Assembly: GCA_051362555.1 (NCBI GenBank) | Contig: CM120642.1 | Location: 1-64,000 of the forward strand | Length of the DNA: 64,000 nt | Direction of reading: 5' to 3' | Origin: Lingula anatina | Lineage: Eukaryota; Animalia; Brachiopoda | Position numbers and translations under genes: made by a program | Part shown: positions 48,304-62,040 of the stretch, piece by piece | How the letters are laid out: every line of letters starts with the position of its first letter | How positions within the stretch are numbered: position 1 is the stretch's first letter | Notes under the pieces: model-generated | What the model saw: only the letters and a program-made list of their open reading frames with translations | What the model was told of the DNA's origin: nothing | The model's database searches: none

Positions 48304-50810
48304 GGTAAGCTGGCGCTTTGTTCCCTGTTGGTCCTGCAAGCATTATTCAACACGAACCGTTTCTTATGCCGAATTAAGAATTGATCCTCGATCCTGTAGC
48401 GACGTTTATAAATAGGCAATTAAAACAGATATCTACGTGCGGTAATTACATATCAATATCTAATTTAACTCATAGGAAGTGAATGATAGAATTAACTTTG
48501 CACGAGAAATTCTTTGAACTCAATGCATAAAACCAAAGCTAATGCTCTGTAATTTTGGCTCTAAGCGTTGCAGTGATGGAAAGAGTGTATTAAAACGGAA
48601 CAAGCGTACTTCGGAACGTCTCTGAAGGGACGCTTATCTCCATTTAAACTGATCAGGAACGAAATAAACAGCAGAAATCACTGCGTAGTCTATTGTACGC
48701 TAATTAATTGGTTCTAGTGGCGCAGGCTACAATGCACACTACACACTGGGTTAGCCAGGTGTTGGCGATCTTTTTCAAAGCTACGACTGAAACCATCATG
48801 TTGCAGATGAACTATTCCAGCAAGTTTTTTTTTTTTTTTTTTTTTTTTTTTGTCTTTTATTGACAAAGTAATATCAATGGATGTAGCAGCCTTCTTTCAA
48901 AATAATATGCCACTTTATGCTGTATTTTCAACATTTTATGAATACGTTTACATGAAAGTATTTTCATATATTTTATTAACTTTTCATAGAGCATTACATG
49001 TGCATTATATATCACAGGGTGCTTTAACTTTAATTTATAAAGACATCATCTTATGGTATGGGCACTATAATTAACTAGTAATAGCGTGCCTTGGTAATTT
49101 GTGTGATCCAAACTGCCGTTTAGACAGAATAATAATTTTAAAATCACGCATTCTCTGCAGAAAGCACACCAGATTGACACGCAATGCAGACATTAGTCAC
49201 GTCTTTCTGCCACACTTCCAATAAATACGTATTACTGTTATCTGCAGCTGCGTCAAAATCGATGAAACTTGAATTGCCGAAAGAAAGACGCCAGCACTTT
49301 AAATGAGGTTTGGTTACTTGTGTTACATATAATTGGTCAGCACTGCGGGGTACAGGCTATAGAGGTAAGGGTGAACTGACGTTTATCTTGGGGGAGATAT
49401 CGAACTTCTTGTGTCACGGTAGTCAATACGTCTCAGTGATCTCCGAGCGATAGAACTGTCAATTAACGGAGAAGACATCAAATGTAAACGTGCAACAGAC
49501 GTTATCATCGTGAGTCCGGTCACTAATGCCTGACGACGTTATAAATTTTTGTTTTTTAGTAGCCAGAAAGATGTGTTCCTTTTGGCATTGCCTCTGCTCT
49601 TACATATGATTTGACTATAACAGGGATAGCATCATAGTCAAGCTGACTGCTCTAAACGTAACCCACTAATTGTCGCACATGTAGATTTATCATTAGTACA
49701 ATATCGACATAGAACTGTGACATCGGTTAATACAAGGCGATGGCTCGTGCTGGTGGGCAACGGTTTTGACAACACATATTACCAAGTGCCAAGGCTTACC
49801 TTGTGGTTATGTAATAGAAGTTGAAACTGGGTACTCTTGTAGCAACGTGCATAATTGCTAAAGGCGTTACACCACTTTTGCTAGGGGAGTATATATGAAG
49901 GCATTGATATTACCTGTTTGATTGAAGACAGTGTATAAATACGGCAGTTAGTAAGGCCCATTTGGTGAGATTTCTCAGATAATTCTTTGGTTTGTTGTTA
50001 TTAAGGTAGTAACAATTTGAAAAACAATTTGAAATCCCGTAACTTGCTCAGGCGATCAAATCGTCCAAATCTCCAAATGGAGGAATGGGAAAGTTGGCAG
50101 TAATTGAGCCACCAAGACGGCAGTCTTGGAGGTGAAACCGTACAGTTTGTCTATTGATTTTCTCGTGGCAATTTCGTTAGATGTATTACTCGGAGATAAA
50201 GTGAAGGAGAATTGAGTTAAATGTATTCATTTATGTAAAGTGCCAGACATGACAGCGTGGTTCTGTTGAACACTTAATTTGTATGCACTCCTTTAGAGAG
50301 CCCAGGTGGTCCTCAAACCCCTCATTCATCCTCTGCCAGATTACTGTCATCTTTACAATCGATATCCAGAATATTGATTCTCAGAAAATAGTAGACAAAA
50401 GTCACATATTGCTGAGCATTTACAAACAAGTAGAACGAACAATAAATGTATTCAAAGTAACGAGTCTCAATAAAATTGTGACTATGATTATGACTTTTGA
50501 TAACCATAGAACCACCAAAAAGGTAGAACAAAGTGGCATCATCTTAACTCTTCTCGTGCAAAACTGATCGCCATATTTACCGGGCTACAGTATTAATCGA
50601 TGACTTTGAAAACACGATAGACTCGTTACAAGAAACAGAACAATATGAAATAAGATAAGATAAAGGCTTCGATCAAAATAGCACAGATGGAAGTTAATGA
50701 AACGTTTATGTTTCCACTTGGGGGTATTTACATAACTTATTAAAAAAAAGAAATATACCAAACCAACTCGGCACTAGTCTAAACACCGCATACAGTTGTA
50801 TGTCTGTAAT

Positions 50811-51361
50811 GCCCCTATTTCACACAGACCACGAATCCCACGAATCGCCAGGAATTGACAAATTTCAGGATTCGTGAGATTTTGCAAATTTTCTGGCCTA
50901 ATTCGACACGCTTTACGATTCAGTTACGATACAGGTGCGATAGTGTTACGAATATTCGTGGTATTCAGCTGGAATCGCACAAATATTGTCAAGAATTCAC
51001 TACCATTTTTTTTTAATCGGAAGAGCAGCTCAAAATTTTTACCACGAATTCCCGAGAAGAATTGCAAGAACTGACTACGATTATTCACGAATCCGTTAAG
51101 AACTTCACGAACTGATTACGATTCAACCACGAATCCTGAAATTGTCAGTTCTTGGCGATTCGTTGGATTCGTGGTCTGTGTGAAACAGGGGCATCAAAGT
51201 TTTTGTCATGAATTCCTGTTGGTCAAGAATTGCAAGAACTGACTACGAATATATGTGAATCTGTTAAGAACCTCACGAACTGATTACGATTCAACCACGA
51301 ATCCTGAAATTTGTCAATTCCTGGCGATTCGTGGGATTCGTGGTCTGTGTAAAATAGGGGT
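50811..51361. mobile_element. Harbinger-like MITE with long TIRs and a duplicated right end
   Basis: gcccctatttcacacagaccacgaatcccacgaatcgccaggaattgacaaatttcaggattcgtg is inverted at 51296-51361. A second right arm lies at ~51060-51193. Confidence 0.85.
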
Positions 51362-51805
51362 ATTACCTGTCACTTTACAAACAGCTGATTGGTGACAATT
51401 ACTCTAGTTGGAAACCCCGATTTCCATCCCTCCTCGATCACGGCTATAGGAGACCATAAGCGTCGTTGCACGTTGGGAGTGTGTAATGTGTACACCAAAG
51501 GCTACATAGACTGCATGGACAGCTCGCCAAACATCTCATCCAAGATTCGTTTATTATGCAAGCCCCAGCGTTTTCTACTGTTGTCCATGTGACTGCATAT
51601 GCAACATTGTTAAGCAGTATCAGGGACTTCTGTTAACTGCTGGTTGACCCAAAGCCGAAACCATAGGCAGTGCACAGCTAATTGATTATTTATTTCAAAG
51701 AGTATTCATTTAACGAAAGGGATTATTTCCCTGCCTTTCGTAAATGTTTTGACTATGCAGTTTACGGCACAGTGGTGACTAGCAGACAGCGATAGACTGG
51801 TCTTT

Positions 51806-51998
51806 GGTCGCATTCAGAACTAATACATCCGCGGACTCACAGAGCAGCGGACCAAATATGGCCGACCCACTTGAAAGCATAATCTTCTAATATCTACTGA
51901 ATAGATACTGGATGACGCGGCAAGCTTTCAAGTGGGTCATCCATATTTGATCCGCTGATCTGTAAGTCCGTGGATCAACTTTTTGTTTGAATACGGCC
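51806..51998. mobile_element. MITE related to 32791-32965; partial relatives at ~54085-54200, ~22740-22830 and ~32110-32212
   Basis: Termini ggtcgcattcagaac / gtttgaatacggcc, with an inner inverted caaatatggccgacccacttgaaagc. Confidence 0.75.
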
Positions 51999-54489
51999 TT
52001 TGTTAGATAATGTGTATTGTGTGCTAATCGCATCGGATTTTACCTCAGGGGAATATTGAACATTAGGCAGACAAGTTTACAAATAATATTGAAAACAACA
52101 TGGTGTAGGGCCATTTTTGGTTGCCGAGTCCCTCTCGAATCTCATAAAGTATACATGCACAGCTGATTTATTATTTTTATAGCTTCATCTACAAGCTGAT
52201 GACAGAACAGAAAGCTATCATTCGGGTGTGCTGTTGTTGATAGGTTTCTTATAAATAAGGCTTTTAGCGTTAAATTTCAATAGATTTTAAGGAAACTCCC
52301 ATGATATGGTCGTGAAATTACCATTTATACGTATCAAAGCTGGGAGTATCTGCACCTACGATTGTTTGTTAACACTGATATTGGTCATTGTCTTAAAATA
52401 TGATATCAACTGTTTTCTCTCCACAGACGCTCTGCTATGGAGTATCAGGATATACGCCAGGAAATGAACGGTTGATTTATGGCTCCGGGAGAAAATTGCC
52501 AGTACACACATACATGTATAGCTATATGGTCAGAAAAAATATGCCAGTACCTATGGCTTTGGTCAGAAGAACTACAAGTAAACATGGTTCTGTTCAGAAA
52601 ATTGTTAAAGCGTAGTAACAATAACGCACTTGAATACAGTCTCCGTTATCTAGAAAAAAATATCAAGCGGCTTTACCGAAATCAACGGCACCAATGGATG
52701 ATCTAAGGCAGTGATAGAAACAAGACATAGGATATTGTCACGGTATCCCAGACTTGACGTAACAATGCGCATCTTCTGCAATATCAGGATTTAATCAATC
52801 GCGGAATTTTCCGGAAAAGTAAAACTTCTCAAAGTTCTATTTATTGTACTCCTCAGGGACAGGATACAATATCAGACTTCTCAATGGAGATGATATAGGG
52901 TGCATGTTTTACGCGATGGCTGTAGAAGTGGGCCGTAGCTTTACTTCACATATTCTGCTGAGTTTTACAGAATAGGTTTAGCAGCCATTGATTGATTCAC
53001 TACGAGAGTGATAATATCTCTACGCATCAATGAAAGCCCTGTTCTCGGGATTAATCAGACTGCGTGAAGTGGGCAGGTGGCGGGGCGTGATTAGTGCGTT
53101 GCTAGCGTACCGGTCAATTTACAGTTTGCGTGCCAACCCTTCACTACTTCACCTAAGACAGACGTGCTTACAGTAGAGGTGTCGGGCTAGTCTGATGGTC
53201 TGAGTTAACGTTAAAGTTACGGAGACCACGTGCTAGGCTTCTCTACAGGTGGGAATTTTCAGCACGCGGGGGATCGATCGTTGGCATTCAAAAACTATCT
53301 GCGAGCAACAAGCGCCGATCTGTGATGAAGAGGACTGCGCAGTAAAGTGGATCTATCGTTCATGAGTTACTACACTAGATGATGGAGTTCTAAGAGAAAA
53401 TCCGCACGGCAATAATTTCGCTCAGAAGTTCAAGTGTTTGGTTCATATCCAGCAGCATTCCCAGAAAATCTGGACGCACTGGGCTTTGTTTTTTAAATTA
53501 CCACCTTACTCACTTATAAGGGAATGCATTTAAACTTTTGGTGAGCAAGATTTCTCTCCACCCCAATTCCCAGACGGCGGGAGAACACTGCACACACTGA
53601 AGAAATAGACATCGAGAGAAAAGATTGGTTTAGATACACGCGGCCAGAAAGCTGTGAACTAACACGATGTTACTGTTTACTGTAACGGTTTTACTCTTCA
53701 CCGTCCCGAGGGAGTCCGTGGGTGACGCTCATGCCCCGTGTTACAAGTGTGATCTGGTAAAGATGGAACAACGACACGAGGCAAAACTCCGGTCAAGCAG
53801 GTCAAAGGTAGGTGCATTGTTTGGAACATTCTGTGTACAGTGAAAGTAAGACCCTATTCCCAGAGATTAGATAGATCCAACTAGATCGACGTAACTCCCT
53901 GGGGGTTCACGATAAATAGCTGTCAGCCGAGCGGGCACGAAAGTTAATTACCCCCTTACAGCTTGTAGTAGGCGGGACGGACATTTAAGCCTGATTATCT
54001 GACAGTAATCTAGTGAGACTTCCCACGGAGATAGATCGATCTAAAATCTATGAAAATGCACCCTAAGGGTGCTAGAGGATGGACTCAGAACAAGCTGATC
54101 TGCGAACTTACAGATCTGCAGATCAAATATGGCCGACCCACTTGAAAACTTGCCGCATAATCCCCTAATAGACACTGAATAGATCCCCAGCGGGGATAAC
54201 GCGGACTAACAGAACGGACCAAGTATATGCTTGGTGACCCCACCAAGTATATAATGCACGGGGAGACAGGAGACATCTATATTCATCTACACAACATATC
54301 AGTCCACTCCCAGCTGATATCACTCAAAATGCGTTTCCATTAATCCGACAAATACAAAAATATACTTCAGTTTGCCGTCCTCAAAGTCGAAATGTGCATT
54401 TAGATAATTTATAACGATACATAGCTTGGTTTTCATTCAAGGTGTTCACGACTAAAAAGCTAGGCCGTAGTATTCTCTGGGAGTCGGCC

Positions 54490-55370
54490 ACCAATAAAAA
54501 ACTAGGCGTTATACGTAGTATTCAGTGGTGTTATAGGGGCTGTGTTCTCTGACTCTACATCACTGGGGGTTGGGCACCAATAAAAAACTAGGCCGTATAC
54601 GTAGTATTCAGTGGCGTTATAGGGGCTGTGTTCTCTGACTCTACATCACTGGGGGTTGGGCACCAATAAAAAACTAGGCCGTATACGTAGTATTCAGTGG
54701 CGTTATAGGGGCTGTGTTCTCTGACTCTACATCACTGGGGGGTTGGCCATCAATAAAAAACTAGGTCGTATACGTAGTATTCAGTGGCGTTATAGGGGCT
54801 GTGTTCTCTGACTCTACATCACTGGGGGTTGGGCACCAATAAAAAACTAGGCCGTATACGTAGTATTCAGTGGCGTTATAGGGGCTGTGTTCTCTGACTC
54901 TACATCACTGGGGGTTGGGCACCAATAAAAAACTAGGCCGTATACGTAGTATTCAGTGGCGTTATAGGGGCTGTGTTCTCTGACTCTACATCACTGGGGG
55001 GTTGGCCATCAATAAAAAACTAGGCCGTATACGTAGTATTCAGTGGCGTTATAGGGGCTGTGTTCTCTGACTCTACATCACTGGGGGGTTGGCCATCAAT
55101 AAAAAACTAGGTCGTATACGTAGTATTCAGTGGCGTTATAGGGGCTGTGTTCTCTGACTCTACATCACTGGGGGTTGGGCACCAATAAAAAACTAGGTCG
55201 TATACATGTACGTAGTATTCAGTGGTGTTATAGGGGCTGTGTTCTCTGACTCTACATCACTGGGGGGTTGGCCACCAATAAAAAACTAGGCCGTATACTT
55301 GTACGTAGTATTCAGTGATGTTATAGGGGCTGTGTTCTAGCTATGACTTTACATCACTGGGGGTTGGCCA
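54490..55370. repeat. ~86-bp minisatellite, ~10 copies
   Basis: Unit accaataaaaaactaggccgtatacgtagtattcagtggcgttataggggctgtgttctctgactctacatcactgggggttgggc. Confidence 0.97.
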
Positions 55371-55823
55371 TTAATCACTATTGCTGAGGTCGGCAGAAAC
55401 TCTCATGTCGTGTGTTCGTCACACTTCCTAAGGAGAAATCACAGCGAGGAGATCCAGGGAATAAACCGGGAAACGATGAGAGGGACATATGTCTACACGA
55501 AAGATTGCTAGGCGCATCTTGTTTCTTACTGGAAAGTTTGAAAAACCCAAGTAAATGTGATTTTCTTCACTTGGTCCCATTAAACAATGTGACTGTCCTT
55601 AAACGATAACCCTGAATGACAATTATTTCGTGGTGGTATTTTGACGGTACTATGTCTGCTCAATTCGCATGTATTTCAATCTATGCCATTTCCCACACCT
55701 AGAACAGGTACAGTGTATGTCATTGATTCGTGTGAGGAACGCCGACTTGGAGTAAGAATGATTGACGACCATGATCACACCTATGCGTAAACACCTGTTA
55801 CCAATACACCTGTACTCACAAAC

Positions 55824-55868
<45 letters not shown>

Positions 55869-57828
55869 TAACGTAGCACCGGAAGAAAAGGGAAATTTTT
55901 TTGAAAATTAAACCATTCATGGCTAAATAAAGATTATTAGAGTTACCCTCAGTTAGTTTCTTTAAGCGAGACAGATTTCACACTTATTAACCAAGGAATG
56001 CCCCTGCACACGCTCATTTAGACGCACTGTGCACGTGTAGAACGTGTTTTTATATACACTTGTCCGGCCAAGGAAGGGTAAAAATGATTTTCTCCTCAGC
56101 GCTCTGGATTAAATAATACAAAGTTCAAATACACAAATACATAGTAAGTACTGAGAGGACAGAGAATGCCTCCAACCACCCCCTCCCGGTATTATAAATA
56201 ATGAACACCAAACGCGGGAAGTTTTGTGAAAAACGATATATGCCTTCTGTTTATTCGTCTTAGTTATTGGAATATGACTACAAAGTTTAAATAGCGCCCC
56301 CAGTATATTTACCTTGACTGCCCAAAACACTAACGTTAAATAAAGGAATGAATGATGAAACATTGAGGGAAAATAAGGCTTATGCAAGAACTGAACTTCA
56401 TTTACATAAATTTACAGAAAACAGTCATGGTCTAAAACAAACAAACAAATAGATTTTTGTCAGTCCTATTTTCTCATATTGTTCTTAGACCTGTGATAAT
56501 ACCGCAAGTGGAATATACGTTGTGTAGGCTCTCTAAGCCTCCTGAGTACCTGGGTCTCTATAGTCGATTATCGAAAGTAGGCTGGAGAACATGTCTATGG
56601 TTTATCTTGTGCACTATTCCCAACTCTTTATCATATCCCCACTAAATCATTTGTGTAGGTTCCTATAATTGGAAACTGGGGAGGAGTGAGCATACCACTG
56701 GGGTTAATTGCAACAAAAGCTTTAAACCTCATAGTTATTGAGATGCACTTAGCCACTTGTAACTGAAAACGCAATAAAGTTCTCTTCTGCACAAATTGAT
56801 AATTTGATGGATCCCATTTTGCGGATATTTTAAGCGCTTGTGTTTGTGATCGTGTGTGAGGGAAGCATGTTGTCTTGGTTAACGAAAGCCGTTTTGTACG
56901 AGAACTTTTCTCGGCTGCGCTTAGCTCCCTGGCAGCTTCAGACGACAGCAGGTCGGAGTGCCTGGGATAGCGGGCGTCTCTGTGGACAATGGCAACTGAT
57001 TATGAGAACAATGTTTCATTGGGTAAATTCATCTATATATTGCATTATACACCCCCCTTCTCTCTCATAAATATTTTGGAGTAGCTGTAGTCGAAATTAA
57101 TGCCAAGTTTGTTTAGCAACAGAGGAGAGATGTAGTATTTACATGCGAGTTAAACACGTAATGGTTAAAAAAAATCCCCAAAGAATATTTAGGAAAATTG
57201 ATTTCTCTGACAACCGTACGTCTTATATAATTCTTGTCTTAAGGGTTGCGAGGTGTTCTGAGGAAGAAAGCCAGTAGAGTCTCCAGTGAATGGTGACCAT
57301 GTGCAGGGAACGGAGGGTAATTACTCACGCCACGGCTCATTACACAGTTTATTGTTTCCATTCAAGTCACCCTGAAGAACACAGCGTGAAAAGTGTTTTG
57401 TTTATAATCCAGCTTGTATTATACATATAGAGGCCGTGGGTCAGGGTCGTGTAAATCAGGTTGAATTGAAGATGCTATTTGCCGTGGAACCAATATTACA
57501 ATTCAGAACCCTAAACCCCTTAATACGAGCAGATCTTTATTTTCACCACGGTTTTGGATAGGGTGTGACTTGGTGATTATGGGGAATTTTAAGTTCATAG
57601 GGTTTTGTTATTTACTGGTATAAAGCACGTCGTTTGTCTTTAATTGCTTTCCACAAGACTGTGGAGTGCATTTATTACAACGTGTCTGTGTCAAGCGTAA
57701 CAATTAACCTTCTCATAGCCCGGAAGATGCCCAAGAACATCCCCATTCACTCTTTTCTAATTGTAGAAGTTTCAGCAGTACTAAATTCCGTGACACAAGG
57801 CATCATGACCCCAAAGTTCCAGATTTAC

Positions 57829-58015
57829 CAGCTAGTTCCCCTATCAAATAAACGAGCAATTTGCTGCCGATAGATCTACATCTAAACCTGCATGGCGGCC
57901 CTGAGCGGACCAGAACACCTGGCAGCTAGTTCCCCCATATAATAAACGAACAATTTGCTGCCGATAGATCCACATCTAACCTGCATGGCGGCCCTGAGCG
58001 GACCAGAACACCTGG
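57829..58015. repeat. ~94-bp tandem duplication
   Basis: cagctagttcccc...aataaacga.caatttgctgccgatagatc.acatctaa.cctgcatggcggccctgagcggaccagaacacctgg occurs twice. Confidence 0.9.
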
Positions 58016-60619
58016 TAATCAGTAGATGTGTGTTGTCGTGTTTTCTCTGCATGTTAAAGTTCAAGGCAGAGTGCAGAGAAGACACTTGTCTTACACGGTT
58101 AGAATGCCAAGATAACCCAGGGCGTTGGTATAATAAACCTCCAAGTATGCTAAAAATATTTCAAATGAGAGGACATCAGATCCAATTAGAATATGCCGTG
58201 AAGGCATAAGAAGCTGATTCAAGCTGATTCAAAAACAACAATCAATGAACATGTGCTGGTTTGAAGGGCATGCAAGCGTCACTTTTGGCGTCAACTTTCG
58301 CGTATCCGACAAGCAGAGTTCGTGAACTATTAAAGTTAATAAGCAGTATAGTCGTGCAGTAATCTGAAAATGGGTTGTAGTCTGCAGTGAACTGCCCCTA
58401 AGGGATCGTGCGCGTGTATTAAGAGATACCGAGTACATAAAACATAATGGTAACCATTAACTTTTTCTAGTGGTTTTATAATGGGTACCAACAGAGCCAC
58501 TCAGAATGATTGCATTTTAAGTTTTTTTTTTATGCAGAAGAATATACTCATGCATAGTTTTATAAAATACTGTTGGGATGGTTTGATGCCACCTGTAAAC
58601 TTGAGTTGACAGTGTGTGCTTCCTAATAGATCTTGTAACTTATTGCTAAATGTGAAACTAGCCGTATGAGATGTGGGTGGGAGGGGAAGTGAGGGCAAAT
58701 GGAATCTATATATATATATATATATGTGTGTGTGTTTTCTATAGGGAGGTACATGTCTGTAGTACACAGAATATTCTGAGCATCAAGATAGAGATCGAGG
58801 CGCCCAGAATAATCTAATTCTAATGTATTATGTCCAAAATCCTTGGTTTACTGAATTATTTTTGACCTATAAAATAATTTTAGAAGACACCGTTATGATG
58901 AACGTTCCCGGAATGATTTCATCTCTAGCTTCCATTTTTCTGCAGTTAAAGTGAATTCAAGGCCCCGGTGCGGTTTACCCGTTCTATGCAATTGCACGTA
59001 CTATTTGTTACGTGCGTGTCATGGGTAAAACGTGTTGTATTATATGACATCGTTCTACGTTTACACATGCTCTACAAGTATATGATGATGGCAGTGGATG
59101 GATAGGTGCAGTCCATTCTGGAATTGTTGGCTTGGAAAAAATGACGATGGCTTGAACAATTCAGGGGCGCTCTATTTACCTTTAATAAAACCCGCTTAGT
59201 CTTGGGTCAACTTTGATGAGGAGTGTATCGCGTAAATGTCAATGTTTTACGCAGAAGCGGTCAAAGGGATTAAGCGTTGTTATTTCTTGTGATGACTTGA
59301 AAAGGATATCCTGGCTCACCCACAAATTTATAATAAATAGTATCTGTTAGCTATAACTGTGATTAAGAAGGGAAGTTGATCCCTTCACCAATTCCCAGCC
59401 TTTGCATTGATGGCGACATGATGAGGTTAGAATCTTAGCAGGTTCTATATTATTGAGATAGCCAAGCCCTGGGAACACCCTGGGTAGCATGGGTCTAGAG
59501 GCAGGCTCTTTCCAACGTTCTCAAAAGGCGCAATCTTTAGAATCAGCTCAGGGAGATTGGGGGGTCACCACTAGCGCCCGCGGTCGTGGGGTGCTAGCGT
59601 GGTATGTGGTACCATGGAATTAGCTTTGGTTTTTTATTTATTATACCCTGATTTAATTTTAGAAACAAAACACAATATCAGGGGCAAGGCAGCCGTAAGT
59701 GGCATTACGAGAGACTGATTTCATTGTGGAGTGTTTAGATTGCAGATTCAAGCCACAGCGGTTCCTTTTGAAAGTTTGTAAACTCCTTCGTACGTGTTAT
59801 CACTTCCTATGCTGCAGTGACTATTTCTGGAGTTTGGTTGTGCTTCATTCCATATATCAACTATTGGATGTTCGACATTTCAACAATTTTGACCATCCTT
59901 TCTAAGAAGCTTCTGGCGTAAAGATGTTAACTTTATTTGACACTGAGAATGTTTTTGGAGGCAATCTTATATCGACTCGCTTTCACGTAGCTATATAAAG
60001 CACATTGTAACTGTCAATGAATGCTGTAATTATACCAACCAAATAATCGTAATTTAAGATCCCTTTGCTGTTGTTAACAGTAACAGCGGCAATCAGTTCG
60101 AGTATAGATTATACTTGTAGGCCCTTATGTTACTGGTATCACTATCAAGTGAACTACCAGTGCTAGCATATGGTACCGGGTAATTTGAAAACCAAAACGT
60201 GCGATTTCTAAAGACTAACCAAATCTTATTGTTAAAAGTGCTTTGGAAGGTGGTACCTACATGCTTTAAATGTGCCTAGCACTTAAGGGCCTCAATTGAT
60301 ATTTGTTGTGCAAATTATGAGCTAACGTAATCTATTACAAAATATTTGTAAGGTCCCTTAACTAACAGCACATAAAATGCAATTTACTCATCTACATACG
60401 TAGTCAACCAGAAATAAAAAAAGAGCTAAAGAGAAAGAAAAGACATCCACCAGCTGAAATGACAAATCACTCGATAGAATTGAAAACTAAAACCTTGTTT
60501 CTCTGACGAGTTTTTACGAGAAAAACATGTGCTAATTGATTATGTCAACACTCTGTTTGAAAGCCTGTTTTTAAAGCCGTGCCTACCATGCCATAGCAAT
60601 GGGGATATTGAAACTACAA

Positions 60620-61290
60620 TTGGAATTGATTCTACCCACCATTCTAATACAGTTCTAAAGTACACAGTCAATTTTATAGATAGTGGGATTGACTCTACCC
60701 ACTATTCTAATACATTTCTAAAGTACACAGTCAATCCTGTAAATAGTGGAATTGATTCTACCCACCATTCTAATACAGTTCTAAACTACACAGTCAATCT
60801 TGTAGATAGTGGAATTGATTCTACCCACCATTCTAATACAGTTCTAAAGTACACAGTCAGTCTTGTAGATAGCGGAATTGACTCTACCCACCATTCTAAT
60901 ACAGTTCTAAAATACACAGTCAACCTTTTCGATAGTGGAATTGACTCTACCCACCATTCTAATACAGTTCTAAACTACACAGTCAATCCTGTAGATAGTG
61001 GAATTGATTCTACCCACCATTCTAATACAGTTCTAAACTACACAGTCAATCTTATAGATAGTGGAATTGACTCTACCCACCATTCTAATACAGTTCTAAA
61101 CTACACAGTCAATCCTGTAGATAGTGGAATTGACTCTACCCTCCATTCTAATACAGTTCTACACTACACAGTCAATCCTGTAGATAGTAGAATTGATTCT
61201 ACCCACCATTCTAATACAGTTCTAAACTACAAAGTCAATCTTGTAAATAGTGGAATTGATTCTACCCACTATTCTAATACAGTTCTAAAG
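60620..61290 (+). repeat. 60-bp minisatellite, ~11 copies, stop-free in one + frame
   Basis: Unit gatagtggaattgactctacccaccattctaatacagttctaaactacacagtcaatcctgta. It accounts for ORF 60529-61311. Confidence 0.95.
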
Positions 61291-61509
61291 AAACAGACCA
61301 AAACTTTTTGATGAATCTTTTAGCCAAGATCTGTCAAGAATACCGCGTGTAAATATTTAAATGAATGATTAAATATCAAGTTCACTTGGTTTACAAATGA
61401 GTTGAAGAGCAGAATTTACTACATGTACATGTAATGGTATTTTTTTATTACTGTAGCACTGCGATATTTCCCCAACGATGATGTACCGATCAAAATAATG
61501 ATAAAGTGA

Positions 61510-61512
<3 letters not shown>

Positions 61513-61586
<74 letters not shown>
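61513..61586. repeat. Compound (TA)n(GA)n microsatellite; others at 26041-26074, 31575-31639, 42091-42120, 55826-55861, 62003-62038
   Basis: Dinucleotide runs seen directly. Confidence 0.95.
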
Positions 61587-61590
<4 letters not shown>

Positions 61591-62002
61591 ACGTTGCATC
61601 CAATTTCTGCATACGTTGCGCATCCTAAAGCAAAATATATCTAGCCTCTGCTATGGTCACAGTGGGAATGTTTTTCCACTAGTTATTCACTAGTAATGTT
61701 AGGCTTTTCTGTGCACATTGCTGCACTTACAGAATTTTTTGTAAACGGATGATAAATAACAACGATAAACCAGAAAAGATGTCATCGTCCCATTGGTTTA
61801 CAGTGAAATGCCTTCCTCAGTTACTTAGCAATGCAATATAGGGATCAGTTTGGATAAAAGGATAGAACCGACTGCCATACAACCTGCGTAGATTATAACC
61901 TGTATATATACCCTGTGTGAGCACGTCACATCTACGTTCATATTCCATGAAATGAGGCTTTAGACAGCAACTGCGACTTTCAACTATAAGGCTTAATCGC
62001 CA

Positions 62003-62040
<38 letters not shown>

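Noticed and set aside
52427-52580. Strong acceptor ttttctctccacag followed by a short + strand ORF
   Set aside because: No recognisable protein and no partner exons were found.
60500-60530. CTGACGA...GAGA hammerhead-like string
   Set aside because: The GAAA box and stems are not properly formed.
12360-61290. Tandem arrays as CRISPR-like loci
   Set aside because: The units are contiguous with no unique spacers, no cas genes are present, and the context is eukaryotic.
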